The notes under the pieces: generated by a model
What the model was told of the DNA's origin: nothing
What the model saw: only the letters and a program-made list of their open reading frames with translations
The model's database searches: none
Position numbers and translations under genes: made by a program
Origin: Vicinamibacteria bacterium
GTDB lineage: Bacteria > Acidobacteriota > Vicinamibacteria > Marinacidobacterales > Marinacidobacteraceae
DNA: 64,000 nucleotides
Direction of reading: 5' to 3'
Assembly: GCA_963668695.2 (NCBI GenBank)
Contig: CAXXLQ010000004.1
Coordinates: forward strand, 3,776,001-3,840,000
Shown: piece by piece, positions 48,181 to 57,969 of the stretch
Layout: each line of letters begins with the position of its first letter
How positions within the stretch are numbered: the stretch's first letter is position 1

Positions 48181-49769
48181 CAGCGCACCGCCGGACGAAG
48201 TGGACGTCCCGGACGCAGGACGACGAGAAGCGCCACCGCGCAGAACAGGAGCAGGATCAGCGAAGCGGCCGCCGCCCGGCCGAGTTCAACGTTCTCAGCC
48301 GCACTCCAGACGGTGGTAGCGAGAGTGGTGTATCCGGTGGGCGCCAGCATGAGGGTGGCGGGCAACTCCTTGACGCTGGTCAGAAACACGAGGGCGAGTC
48401 CCGACGCCAGGCCGGGGCCGAGCAGGGGCAGCGTAATCTGCAGATGGCGGCGCATCCAGCGGGCGCCCAGGGAACGCGCCGCGTCGTCGAGCCGCGCGCT
48501 GAGCGGCGCGAGGGTGGCCTCGATCGGCGCGATCGCCTGCGGCAACATGTGAACTGCGTACGCGAAGACCAGCAGGGCCAGCGTCTGGTAGAGGAAGGGC
48601 GCCAGGTTCACCGCGAAAAAGACGAGCGACAGGCCGACGACGAGTCCCGGCAAACCGAAACCGATGTGCGAGATGGCACGGAGGGCGGAACTCCGCGGCG
48701 AGGGGAAGCGGACCGTCAGGAAGGCCACCGGGATGGCGAGCGCGGTCGTCACAACCGCGGCGAGCAGCGATACGAGTCCCGTTCGTCCCAGCGCGGGAAC
48801 GAGCCCGGTCACCGCCCCGACAGGGGCCTGGACCAGCCAGTAGACACAGACCCCGACCGGAAGGACGAGCGCCGGCAGCAGAACCAGGAGGCACAGGAGC
48901 AGCCCCGCCCACTTCCAGCCGCCGAGCGCGTGGATGCGGGGCGGCCGGGCTTGCACGGCCCCGGGAGACGGGCCCGCGGAACTCTCGAACCGCCTGGCGG
49001 CGGCGAGCACCAGGAGGGTCGCGAACACCAGCAGGAGGGCGAGCCCGGCCGCCGTGTGGCGGTCCAGCGATCCGCGGAGCTGGTTGTAGATGGCCCAGGT
49101 GAAGGTCTCGTAGCGCAGCAGCGAGACGGCTCCGAAGTCGCTCAGGGTGTAAAGCGCCGCGAGCAACCCGCCCGACAACAGGGCCGTCGACAAGAGCGGC
49201 AGGGTCACCCGGGTGAAGCGCCGCCAGCGGCTGGCGCCGAGCACTTTCGCGGCATCGTCGAGCGATCCATCCAGAACCGCAAACCGCGCACGGGCCGCCA
49301 GATACACGTAGGGGTAGTTGAGCAGCACGAGAACCAGAAAGGCGCCGGGGAAACCGTAGATCTCCGGAAGCCGTTCCCACCCCGTGAAGGGTTCCAACGC
49401 GCGTTGGAGCAGCCCCCGCGGGCCGAGCGCGGTAGCCACGGTAAAGGCCGCCACGTACGACGGCACCGCGAGCGGCAGCGCCAACAGGCCGGTCAGGATT
49501 CGCCGGCCGGGGAGGTCGGTCCTCGCAGTGAGCCAGGCCAACGGCAGCCCGAGCCCGGCGGCCCCCGTCGCCACCGCTGCGGTCAGGAGGAGGGTCCTGC
49601 CGGCGATTCCGATGCTGCGCTCTCTCAGCAGCACGTCGAACAATCCGCCGCCGCCCAGCGCCCGTCCCGCCAGATAGAGGAGCGGCAGGATGCACATCGC
49701 CGCGACAAAGATGCCCGAGGCCTGGAGAAGCCGGGAAGGCGGGCGGCTCCACCGGGCCGGAGCGCTCAT
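48180..49769 (-). CDS. fbpB: Fe3+ ABC transporter permease
   Basis: Two permease halves; LPLAVPSYV, YPYVYL, SDFG, KELPATL. Confidence 0.88.
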   Translation of the reverse strand: MSAPARWSRPPSRLLQASGIFVAAMCILPLLYLAGRALGGGGLFDVLLRERSIGIAGRTLLLTAAVATGAAGLGLPLAWLTARTDLPGRRILTGLLALPLAVPSYVAAFTVATALGPRGLLQRALEPFTGWERLPEIYGFPGAFLVLVLLNYPYVYLAARARFAVLDGSLDDAAKVLGASRWRRFTRVTLPLLSTALLSGGLLAALYTLSDFGAVSLLRYETFTWAIYNQLRGSLDRHTAAGLALLLVFATLLVLAAARRFESSAGPSPGAVQARPPRIHALGGWKWAGLLLCLLVLLPALVLPVGVCVYWLVQAPVGAVTGLVPALGRTGLVSLLAAVVTTALAIPVAFLTVRFPSPRSSALRAISHIGFGLPGLVVGLSLVFFAVNLAPFLYQTLALLVFAYAVHMLPQAIAPIEATLAPLSARLDDAARSLGARWMRRHLQITLPLLGPGLASGLALVFLTSVKELPATLMLAPTGYTTLATTVWSAAENVELGRAAAASLILLLFCAVALLVVLRPGRPLRPAVR

Positions 49770-49780
49770 TGTTTCCGGAA

Positions 49781-49985
49781 AGGGCTGTTCATGAGTGACT
49801 CATCACCGTGGCCAGTGCGGCCGTTCGGCGCTCCCCGGCGTAGAGGGCCAGAGGAGTCGGTGCCGGAGACCTGCCGGGCCGCTACCTCGCGGCGCGCAGC
49901 GCCGCGGGGGTGGGATTGGGATGCGGGGAGGGGTGTCCCCTCCCCGCAAAAAACGACGTCGCGAATCGCGCCGCGAATCGCGACA
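49781..49985. mobile_element. Partial MITE (subfamily B)
   Basis: Begins AGGGCTGT like the reverse complement of the 4116 end; CCCCTCCCCGC-AAA-ACGA-G-CGCG-ATCGCG core shared with 3903-4116. Confidence 0.55.
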
Positions 49986-49989
49986 TCAG

Positions 49990-50474
49990 CAGCCGGTGGG
50001 CAGAGTGGCGTGAGCACCGAGAGCGGTGAGGCGCCCGGCTGACAAGGCGCGCGAGGGAGGAGCCCCCACCGGGAGAACTGGCCCGAGTGTGTTTCGACCG
50101 AAGCGCAACGATGAGCCACGCGAAGCGGGGCGGCCAGTTCTCCCGGTGGGGGCCAGCCGGGATGCATCGCCGCTCGCTTCCGGAGCGGGGCGCCAGCACC
50201 GCGGAGACCCCGGAGCGGAAGAGACGGGGGACGGGAGCACCCGACCCCCATCCCTCTTGACTCGGGCTTCCGGAGCGGGGCGCAAGCACCGCGGAGACCC
50301 CGGAGCGAGAGGGATGGGGGACGGGAACACCCGACCACCATCCCTCTTGACTCGGGCTTCCGGAGCGGGGCGCAAGCACCGCGGAGACCCCGGAGCGAGA
50401 GGGATGGGGGACGGGAACACCCGACCACCATCCCTCTTGACTCGGGAATGCCACGAGACTCTGTCTACAGGCTG
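49990..50474. mobile_element. MITE (subfamily A) carrying three 90-bp modules
   Basis: Ends CAGCCGGTGGGCAGAGT / ACTCTGTCTACAGGCTG; same internal blocks as 57233-57969. Confidence 0.8.
50176..50445. repeat. 90-bp tandem repeat x3
   Basis: Units start at 50176, 50266 and 50356 (GCTTCCGGAGCGGGGCGCAAGCACCGCGG...CCATCCCTCTTGACTCGG). Confidence 0.92.
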
Positions 50475-50477
50475 CTT

Positions 50478-50568
50478 GCCCGTGGGGAACGCGCCCCGCA
50501 TGCAGCGAACTCGGCAACTGTGTCGTGTCCTTCATGTGGCGGTGATGCGGGGTGCTTTCCCCGCGGGC
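50478..50568. repeat. 24-bp inverted repeat / mini-element after the fbpA stop
   Basis: GCCCGTGGGGAACGCGCCCCGCAT ... ATGCGGGGTGCTTTCCCCGCGGGC; the arms resemble the 3903 element end. Confidence 0.65.
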
Positions 50569-50570
50569 GA

Positions 50571-51611
50571 TCAGATCGCCCCGACTTCGCGGAGGAGATC
50601 GAGCGTTCCCCGCAGGTCGTCCAGATCCCCGAGTTCGAGGTCCGGCGGATTGATTTCGGAGAGGGGCGTCACCGCGGGATCGGTAGGGATCCCCTCAACC
50701 AGCGGATACTCGAACGTTTCCCGGGCGAAACGCTCCTGCACCGATTCCGTGAGCAGATAGGCCAGGAACCGCTCGGCGGCTTCGGGGTTGGCCGCCGTGT
50801 TCACCACCCCGCCGCCGGAGATGTTGATGAGGCCTCCGGCTCCTCCTCCCGCCGGGCTCACGGTCCGCGCGGCGAACTCCGGTCCCTGCTGGACCAGGAA
50901 GCGGAAGAGGTAGTAGTGGTTCGACAGCGCCAGCTCCACTTCCCCGTCCGCAACCGCCTGGTAAATCGCCGAGTTGTTCGGGTAGGCCACCGGGTCGTTG
51001 GCCAGTACTCCTTCGAGCCATTCCCTGGCAGCGTCCTCTCCCTCGAGCCGCCGGACGGCCGTCACGAACGCCTGGAAGGATCCGTTCGTCGGCGCCCAGC
51101 CGATGCGGCCTTTCCAGCGAGAATCGGTCAGACCGTGGATCGTGTCCGGCAGATCCTCGGGGGTCAGGAGTTCGGTGTTGTAGACGAACACCCGGGCGCG
51201 GCCGGTGGTGCCCACCCAGCGCCCGTTCGGATCCCGGAAACGGGATGAAACCCGATCAAGGATCGACTCGGGAAGCGGACTCAGACGGCCTTCGCTCGCC
51301 AATTGGCCAAGGGCTCCCGCGTCTTGACCGTAATAGACGTCCGCCGGACTCTGGTCGCCCTCTTCGAGAATCTGGGCCGCGAGGTCCGCGGTCCCGCCGT
51401 ACCGGATCTCCACCTGGATCCCCGTCTCCTCCTGAAACGCCTGAACCACCGGCCCGACGAGCGACTCTCCTCGGCCACAATAGATGGTCAGGGTCTCGGG
51501 CTCGGGAGTGCCAGTGCAGCCGGCAACGGCGGTGAGGACAATTGCGGCGGCTCCAAGCTTCCCGAAATCGGTCGCCGAGAGCCGCTTTGTGATACTGAAA
51601 ATGGCTTTCAT
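50571..51611 (-). CDS. fbpA: Fe3+ ABC transporter substrate-binding lipoprotein
   Basis: Lipobox VAGC; LTIYCGR, EEGDQSPADV, RARVFVYN, APTNGSFQAF, NHYY (iron Tyr pair), EYPL. Confidence 0.9.
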   Translation of the reverse strand: MKAIFSITKRLSATDFGKLGAAAIVLTAVAGCTGTPEPETLTIYCGRGESLVGPVVQAFQEETGIQVEIRYGGTADLAAQILEEGDQSPADVYYGQDAGALGQLASEGRLSPLPESILDRVSSRFRDPNGRWVGTTGRARVFVYNTELLTPEDLPDTIHGLTDSRWKGRIGWAPTNGSFQAFVTAVRRLEGEDAAREWLEGVLANDPVAYPNNSAIYQAVADGEVELALSNHYYLFRFLVQQGPEFAARTVSPAGGGAGGLINISGGGVVNTAANPEAAERFLAYLLTESVQERFARETFEYPLVEGIPTDPAVTPLSEINPPDLELGDLDDLRGTLDLLREVGAI

Positions 51612-51630
51612 AGTTGATAACTCTACCAAA
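51596..51630. promoter_or_regulatory. Possible Fur-type boxes at the fbpA start
   Basis: TGAAAATGGCTTTCA followed by TGATAACTCTACCA, in an AT-rich patch at the head of an iron uptake operon. Confidence 0.4.
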
Positions 51631-51675
51631 ATTATTCCGCCGGCGCGTTTCTTGCTAACACCACCTTCGCACCCC

Positions 51676-52776
51676 ATGCCAACCCGGACACTTGCGTCAG
51701 CCGTCCTGGTGGCCGCTCTGTTCGCAGGCCTCGCCGAGGGTGCCCAGATCGAGCTGGAACGGCGGATCTCGGCGGTCTACCGGACGGCCAGCCCCGCGGT
51801 CGTGAACATCACCGCTGAAATCCAGAGCTACGACTGGTTCCGGGGCCAGGTCACCCAGCAGGGCACCGGCTCCGGGTTCGTCTACGACGGCCAAGGGCAC
51901 ATCGTCACGAACTACCACGTCGTGGAGGCGGCCGATCAGCTTCAGGTCACCTTCTCCGACGGCGAAGTGCGCGATGCCCGGCTCGTGGGAGCCGATCCCT
52001 CGAACGATCTTGCGGTCCTCGAAGTGGCGGCCGGCGCCAACGATCCGGAACCCTTGGCGCTCGGAGACTCCGACGCCCTCGAAGTAGGGCGGTTCGTGGT
52101 GGCCATCGGACATCCCTTCGGCCTCGACCAGACCTTGACCACCGGAGTCGTGAGCGGCCTCGGCCGCATCATCGAGAGTCCCGATCGGGGATTCATCGGC
52201 GAGATCATCCAGACCGACGCGGCCATCAATCAGGGGAACTCCGGAGGGCCCCTGCTAGACCTCGATGGACGGGTGGTCGGTGTAAACAGCGCCATCGTGA
52301 GCCCCACCGGGACCTCCGCGGGAATCGGGTACGCCATTCCCGCCGCCACGCTGGCGCGCGTCGTGCCGGAACTGATCCGGAACGGCCGATACCCGCACCC
52401 CCACCTGGCGATTTCGGTCCAGGAGATCAACGAGCAGTTCGCGGCCTACTTTCGCCGGGTCGGAATCGCGGCCCCCCCGGAGGGAGGTCTCATGATCCGG
52501 GCGGTCGCGCGGGGCGGGCCCGCGGACCGCGCCGGGCTGCGCGGAGCGGGCCAGGTTGGACGAATCGGCAACCTGCGGATCCGCTACGGCGGGGACTACC
52601 TACTGGCGGTAGACGGACATGCCGTAGGTACGGAGCGCGACCTCCTGCTTCTCCTCGAAACGAACTACCGGGTAGGTGACGAAGTCGGCCTGCGGCTCTG
52701 GCGCGACGAGCGCGAACTGGAGGTACGGGTCCAGCTCATCGACCGCGACACCGTCGTGCGCAGGCGGCGCCGGTAG
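51676..52776 (+). CDS. HtrA/DegP-type trypsin-like serine protease with PDZ domain
   Basis: GTGSGF, TNYHVV, DLAVL, QTDAAINQGNSGGPL and a PDZ domain; ATG at 51676. Confidence 0.93.
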   Translation: MPTRTLASAVLVAALFAGLAEGAQIELERRISAVYRTASPAVVNITAEIQSYDWFRGQVTQQGTGSGFVYDGQGHIVTNYHVVEAADQLQVTFSDGEVRDARLVGADPSNDLAVLEVAAGANDPEPLALGDSDALEVGRFVVAIGHPFGLDQTLTTGVVSGLGRIIESPDRGFIGEIIQTDAAINQGNSGGPLLDLDGRVVGVNSAIVSPTGTSAGIGYAIPAATLARVVPELIRNGRYPHPHLAISVQEINEQFAAYFRRVGIAAPPEGGLMIRAVARGGPADRAGLRGAGQVGRIGNLRIRYGGDYLLAVDGHAVGTERDLLLLLETNYRVGDEVGLRLWRDERELEVRVQLIDRDTVVRRRRR

Positions 52777-52784
52777 AACGCTAG

Positions 52785-53088
52785 CAGCCTGTGGTGGAAC
52801 CCGGGTGAGCGCCGAGCCCGGGGAGGCCCAGTTCTCCCGGTGGGGCCAGTTCTCCCGGTGGGGGCCCGGCTGACAAGGCGCGTGAGGGAGGAGCCCCCAC
52901 CGGGAGAACTGGCCCGGGTGTATGCCGACCGAAACGCAACGATGAGCGGCGCGCAGCGACGCGGTTCAGCCGGGATGGATCGCCGGCCGAACGCCGCGTG
53001 GGTTTCACTACCGGCTGTTTGGCCGGGATGGATCGCCGGGCGAGCCCCCACCGGGAGAACTGGGCCGCCTGGGTTTCACCACCGGCTG
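52785..53088. mobile_element. MITE (subfamily A, composite)
   Basis: Ends CAGCCTGTGGTGGAACCC / GGGTTTCACCACCGGCTG; flanks CTAG/CTAA at the SSS stop; an extra internal end-like motif at about 53002-53017. Confidence 0.85.
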
Positions 53089-54825
53089 CTAACTCCGGGC
53101 GGATAGCAGCCGGGTCAGCGCGAAGGCGGACGCCAGGGCGAGGAGAGCCCAGGACAGGGTGATGGCGAGACCGCGTCCGAAGAGCAGCGCCCCGCTCCCG
53201 AAGAGCACGGAATAGACCATCACGCAGGCCACCGGCCACGCGAGAAAAGCGCGGGTGACGGGCTCGGGGCGCAACCGCGTACGAACGTAGGCGGCGTCCC
53301 AACCGGGACGCGGTGGCCGGGTTCGCTCGACGAAAGCGTCGAGCGTCTCCTTCGACTCGGCCGGGGTCACCAGAGTTGCGCCTACCCAAATCACCGTAGT
53401 GGCGGCCAGGCCGATCACCAGTCCCCGAATCGAGCCCGGCTGGATCCCAAGAAGCGGAAGGGACACCGCCACCCCCAGCGATCCCGCCATGCCGGCGATC
53501 TCGCTCCAGGCGCTGATGCGCCACCACAGCCAGCGCGCGATGAAGAGCGGCCCGGTACCGGCCCCGATCTGGAGCAGCAACCCGAAGCCTCCCCGCGCGG
53601 TGTCGATGAAGAGCGTGAGCAGTCCGGCCGCCGCCATCAGGAGGATGGTGGCGGCGCGCGCTACCGCAACGGATTCGCGAGCTCCGGCGGCGGGCCGGAA
53701 GAACCGCCGGTAGACGTCCTCCACCACATAGGAGGCGCCCCAGTTGAGGTGGGTGTCCACGGTGGACATGTAGGCCCCCGCGAGCGAAGCGGCGGCCAGA
53801 CCCAGGAGTCCGGGCGGCAGGAGCCGGAGCATGAGGGGATAAGCGAGGTCGTCGCCGACAAGCGCCGGGTCGAGGCCGGGCAGCGCATCCCGGAGAGCGG
53901 CCAGATCCGGATAGACGGCCAGTGAGGCAAGGGCCACCAGGATCCAGGGCCAGGGTCTCAGGGTGTAGTGGGCGATGTTGAACCAGAGCGTCCCCCGGAG
54001 CGCGTCCTTCTCGCTCCGGGCGGCCAGCATCCGCTGGGCGATGTAACCGCCCCCCCCGGGCTCCGCTCCCGGGTACCAGACGCTCCACCACTGGAGCGCC
54101 ACCGGCACCACGAACAGGACCGCGAATGCTTCGGTCCCGGTCGGTGGAACGATGGCGAGGCGGTCCCCGAACTGCTCCACCAGCCCCGAAAGACCACCCA
54201 CCGCCGGGTGTCCGAGCGCCCAGACCGCCGCCACCACGGCCCCCACCATGGACAGGACGAACTGCAGGAGGTCGGTGACCACCACTCCCCAAAATCCCGC
54301 GACCACCGCGTAGGCGGCCGCCAGCACGCCGGCGATCAGGACGGCGGTCGACTTGTCCAGTCCGAAAAGTACGCCGCCGATCTTGGCGCCCGCGAGGGTG
54401 ACGGTGGCAATGACCACGCAGTTGAAGAAGACCCCGAGATACACCGCGCGGAATCCGCGCAGGAAGGCGGCCGGTTTTCCCGAGTAGCGGATCTCATAGA
54501 ACCCCAGGTCCGTCGTGAGCCGACTCCGCCGCCACAGCGGCGCGAAGACAAACACCGTGAGCATGCCGGTGATGCAGAAGGCCCACCACGCCCAGTTGGC
54601 GGCCACGCCGTTCTGCCGGACAAGTTCGGCGACCAGGTTCGGGGTATCGGTCGAGAAGGTGGTCGCCACCATCGAGGTCCCGAGCAACCACCAGGGAAGT
54701 CGCCGCCCGGCGAGAAAGAAGGAATCGCTGTCCTTCGCCGCGAAGCGGACCGCCCACAGACCAATGGCGAGCACCGCAGCCAGATAGAGCCCGAAGACGA
54801 TCCAGTCCAGCCCGCCGAAAGCCAT
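53089..54825 (-). CDS. Sodium:solute symporter family protein
   Basis: FFLAGRRLPWW, SMVATTF-x-x-DTP, TDLLQF, QRMLAARSE, AYMST-x-D-x-x-LN. Confidence 0.92.
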   Translation of the reverse strand: MAFGGLDWIVFGLYLAAVLAIGLWAVRFAAKDSDSFFLAGRRLPWWLLGTSMVATTFSTDTPNLVAELVRQNGVAANWAWWAFCITGMLTVFVFAPLWRRSRLTTDLGFYEIRYSGKPAAFLRGFRAVYLGVFFNCVVIATVTLAGAKIGGVLFGLDKSTAVLIAGVLAAAYAVVAGFWGVVVTDLLQFVLSMVGAVVAAVWALGHPAVGGLSGLVEQFGDRLAIVPPTGTEAFAVLFVVPVALQWWSVWYPGAEPGGGGYIAQRMLAARSEKDALRGTLWFNIAHYTLRPWPWILVALASLAVYPDLAALRDALPGLDPALVGDDLAYPLMLRLLPPGLLGLAAASLAGAYMSTVDTHLNWGASYVVEDVYRRFFRPAAGARESVAVARAATILLMAAAGLLTLFIDTARGGFGLLLQIGAGTGPLFIARWLWWRISAWSEIAGMAGSLGVAVSLPLLGIQPGSIRGLVIGLAATTVIWVGATLVTPAESKETLDAFVERTRPPRPGWDAAYVRTRLRPEPVTRAFLAWPVACVMVYSVLFGSGALLFGRGLAITLSWALLALASAFALTRLLSARS

Positions 54826-54900
54826 TAGCCTGCCAAACCGTAACCGAACCCCACGGCCGCCCCCGACCGACCTTGACCGCGCCCTAAACTCCCGTTCCTG

Positions 54901-55779
54901 ATGCGGGTGGCGACACTCCTCTGGATCTCGCTGGCGTTAGCAGCCGGTGGACAAAGTCAGGCCTCCGCCCAGGAAATTCAGATCGGGGGAAGGCGGGCTG
55001 CGGAAGCGCTGCTCGCGCGGGTGCTGGAACACCGCGAGGCCGTGCGGCGGCTGGAAGGCCGGCTGACCTTCCGGCAACTGATCACGACCGAAGCCCTCGA
55101 CGAACAGCGGAACGTCGTCTCCACCGCCAACGCACTCTACGAATACGAGCCGGTGTTCGGCCGTCACCTCTGGAAGCTGCTCGAACTCGACGGCGAGGCG
55201 ATCGGCGGGCGGCGGTTCCGCCGGGAAGAGCGGCGTTACCGGCGGGCCGTCGAAGCGGCAAAGGAGGAGGCCGAAGAGGACCGCCTGGCCCTGGAACGCC
55301 AGGATCCGGACTACGAAGTCCTCCCCAAGAACGGAATGGACCTCTTCTACGAGATCGCGAAGGACGCGCTCGAGCTCGAGATGTTCGAGGGAGAACTGTT
55401 CCGGGGCGCTACCTTGCGCGGCCGGCCCATGCAGATTGTGCGCTTCCGGCCTCGGCCGGGGTTCGAAGACGCTCCCAACCGGATGATGTCGGTCGTGTCC
55501 AAATGCGCGGGCGAGCTATGGGTGGATCCGGAGAGTCTGCAGATCGCCCGGGTTCGGAGCGTCCTCCAGCAGGACGAGAACTTCGTTGCCGGCCTCTTCG
55601 GGCGTCTCCACCGCGGGACGAGCGCCGAGGTGGAAAGCCAGTTCGACGGAAGGATCTGGCTCCCGCAGCGAGTGACCATGACGGTGGACGCCCGGATGTA
55701 CTTCATCCGCAGGATTCGCCGGCGGGTCCACTACGACTTCCTGGGTTTTCGTTCGTTCCCGCCGCCCACAGACCGGTAG
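54901..55779 (+). CDS. Secreted hypothetical protein (LolA/RseB-like beta-fold suspected)
   Basis: Signal peptide; F-x-PR, GELWVD and WLP motifs as seen in lipoprotein-sorting-like proteins. Confidence 0.6.
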   Translation: MRVATLLWISLALAAGGQSQASAQEIQIGGRRAAEALLARVLEHREAVRRLEGRLTFRQLITTEALDEQRNVVSTANALYEYEPVFGRHLWKLLELDGEAIGGRRFRREERRYRRAVEAAKEEAEEDRLALERQDPDYEVLPKNGMDLFYEIAKDALELEMFEGELFRGATLRGRPMQIVRFRPRPGFEDAPNRMMSVVSKCAGELWVDPESLQIARVRSVLQQDENFVAGLFGRLHRGTSAEVESQFDGRIWLPQRVTMTVDARMYFIRRIRRRVHYDFLGFRSFPPPTDR

Positions 55780-55798
55780 CATTATCTGTTCGTCGGCC

Positions 55799-56548
55799 AT
55801 GCTCACCCTCACCCCACTCGAAGGGATCCCGGAAGTCGAACCCGGATGCGATCTGGCCCACCTGCTGCTCGACGGCATGCTCCGAGCGCACCTGGACCCC
55901 GCCGACGGCGACATCCTCGTGGTGTGCCACAAGGTCGTTTCCAAGGCGGAGGGCCGCCTGGTCCGCCTCGACCGCATGCGGCCTTCCAAGATCGCCCGCG
56001 CCTGGGCCCGCGCGAACGGACGGGACGAACGCGAGGTCCAGGCAGTAATGGGCGAGGCGCACAGCATCGTCCGGGTGCAGCGCGGGGTTTTGATTACCCA
56101 GACCCGTCACGGCTTCGTGTGCGCCAACTCGGGCGTGGACCGCTCGAACGTGCCCGAAGGCCATGTGTGCCTGCTGCCGGAGGATCCCGACCGTTCGGCA
56201 GGCGAGCTTGCCGCGCGGCTGTCCTCAGCGACCGATGCGGCCCTGGGAGTCGTCATCACCGATACGTGGGGCCGTCCCTTCCGGTTGGGAGCGATCAACG
56301 TGGCCATCGGGATCGCGGGCGCCTGCTCGCTCCTCGACTATCGGGGGCAGCAGGATCCTGCCGGCCGCACACTCCGGTCGGCGACGACCGCCGTGGGAGA
56401 CGAGTTGGCGGCAGCCGCGGGCATCGTGATGGGCAAGTTGAGGCGAATTCCGGCGGTCCTGGTAAAGGGGTTCCCGTCGGATCCGGCTGGACAGCGCGGC
56501 ACCGGGGCTTCGCTGATTCGCGACCGCGGGGAAGACCTCTTCCAGTGA
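55799..56548 (+). CDS. cofE: Coenzyme F420-0:L-glutamate ligase
   Basis: GIPEV-x-PG-x-DL, KVVSKAEGR, HGFVCANSGVD-x-SN, LLPEDPD-x-SA, DTWGRPFR-x-G, DELAAAA, DLF. Confidence 0.95.
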   Translation: MLTLTPLEGIPEVEPGCDLAHLLLDGMLRAHLDPADGDILVVCHKVVSKAEGRLVRLDRMRPSKIARAWARANGRDEREVQAVMGEAHSIVRVQRGVLITQTRHGFVCANSGVDRSNVPEGHVCLLPEDPDRSAGELAARLSSATDAALGVVITDTWGRPFRLGAINVAIGIAGACSLLDYRGQQDPAGRTLRSATTAVGDELAAAAGIVMGKLRRIPAVLVKGFPSDPAGQRGTGASLIRDRGEDLFQ

Positions 56549-57285
56549 GCGGCCCCCGCTTCGCGGTGCTGGGCGGGAGCGGACGGTTCGGACTCGGGCT
56601 CGCGTGGAGGCTTGCGGTCGGCGGAGCCGAGGTGGTGATCGGCTCCCGCGATGAGGGCCGAGCCATGGACGCCGCGACTCGAGTCCGCCGCGGGCTGGAT
56701 CCCGCGGGCGGCGCTCCTTTCCCGGAACAGGAACTCACTGTGTCCGGGACGACCAATCTGGCGGCGGCGGGCGCTGCAGAAACAGTGTTTCTCAGCGTGC
56801 CTTTTTCCGCGCAGGAGGTCCTGCTGCACGAGGTCGGCCCCGCGCTCGAATCGAAAATGGTCATCTGCTGCGCCGTGATGTGGCCACCGGGTTCACGGCC
56901 GGAGACCTCAGCAGCCGAAGAAGCCGAGCGGACCCTCCGCCGGACGGGCGCCCGGAAGGTCCGCATCGCCGCCGCCTTCCAGACGATCGCCGCCGGCGTC
57001 CTGCGGCGCCTGCCGGAGCCGGCCTCCCGGGACGCATCACCGGATGTCCTCGTATTCGCCGACGAACCGGCGAACTGTGAGGCCGCCGCCCGGGCGGCGG
57101 CGTTCTCCGGGTTGCGGGCGGTACCCACCGGACCGCTGCGAGGATCCCGCGTCGCCGAGGCCGCCCTCTCGTTACTGATGGAGCTGAACCGGGGTCCCGC
57201 GCGCCACGCCGGGCTGATGGTCACCGGTCTGGCAGCCGGTGGGCAAAGTCACGTGAGCACCGAAAACGGTGAGGCGCCCGGCTGA
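56545..57285 (+). CDS. npdG: NADPH-dependent F420 reductase (Fno/NpdG-like), C-terminus altered by MITE
   Basis: VLGGSGRFG-x-GLA-x-R, IGSR, N-x-x-AA, SVPF, SAAE, AAFQTI; GTG overlaps the cofE stop. Confidence 0.8.
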   Translation: MSGPRFAVLGGSGRFGLGLAWRLAVGGAEVVIGSRDEGRAMDAATRVRRGLDPAGGAPFPEQELTVSGTTNLAAAGAAETVFLSVPFSAQEVLLHEVGPALESKMVICCAVMWPPGSRPETSAAEEAERTLRRTGARKVRIAAAFQTIAAGVLRRLPEPASRDASPDVLVFADEPANCEAAARAAAFSGLRAVPTGPLRGSRVAEAALSLLMELNRGPARHAGLMVTGLAAGGQSHVSTENGEAPG

Positions 57286-57969
57286 CAAGGCGCGCGAGGG
57301 AGGAGCCCCCACCGGGAGAACTGGCCCGAGTGTATTTCGACCGAAGCGCAACGACGAACGAAGCGTAGCGAAGTGCTTCAGCCGGGATGCATCGCCGGTC
57401 GCTTCCGGAGCGGGGCGCAAGCACCGCGGAGACCCCGGAGCGAGAGGAATGGGGGACGGGGACACCCGGCCCCATCCCTCTTGACTCGGGCTTCCGGAGC
57501 GGGGCGCAAGCACCGCGGAGACCCCGGAGCGAGAGGGATGGGGGACGGGAGACACCCGACCCCGATCCCTCTTGACTCGGGCTTCCGGAGCGGGGCGCAA
57601 GCACCGCGGAGACCCCGGAGCGAGAGGAATGGGGGACGGGGACACCCGACCACCATCCCTCTTGACTCGGGCTTCCGGAGCGGGGCGCAAGCACCGCGGA
57701 GACCCCGGAGCGAGAGGAATGGGGGACGGGGACACCCGGCCACCATCCCTCTTGACTCGGGCTTCCGGAGCGGGGCGCAAGCACCGCGGAGACCCCGGAG
57801 CGAGAGGAATGGGGGACGGGGACACCCGGCCACCATCCCTCTTGACTCGGGCTTCCGGAGCGGGGCGCAAGCACCGCGGAGACCCCGGAGCGAGAGGAAT
57901 GGGGGACGGGGACACCCGGCCACCATCCCTCTTGACTCGGGAATGCCGCGTGACTTTGTCCACAGGCTG
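57233..57969. mobile_element. MITE (subfamily A) carrying six 90-bp modules
   Basis: Ends CAGCCGGTGGGCAAAGTCACG / CGTGACTTTGTCCACAGGCTG; flanks CTGG/CTAG. Confidence 0.85.
57401..57940. repeat. About 90-bp tandem repeat x6
   Basis: Units start at 57401, 57490, 57581, 57671, 57761 and 57851; same unit as 50176-50445. Confidence 0.95.

Noticed and set aside
49766-50760. ORFs spanning the repeat elements (also 57172-58222, 6608-6984, 44132-44541, 52665-53106)
   Set aside because: They are translations of non-coding repeats; the 90-bp period and high GC keep several frames open.
57401-57940. 90-bp arrays (also 50176-50445) as CRISPR arrays
   Set aside because: Units are contiguous and near-identical with no unique spacers, no cas genes are in the window, and both arrays sit inside TIR-bounded elements.
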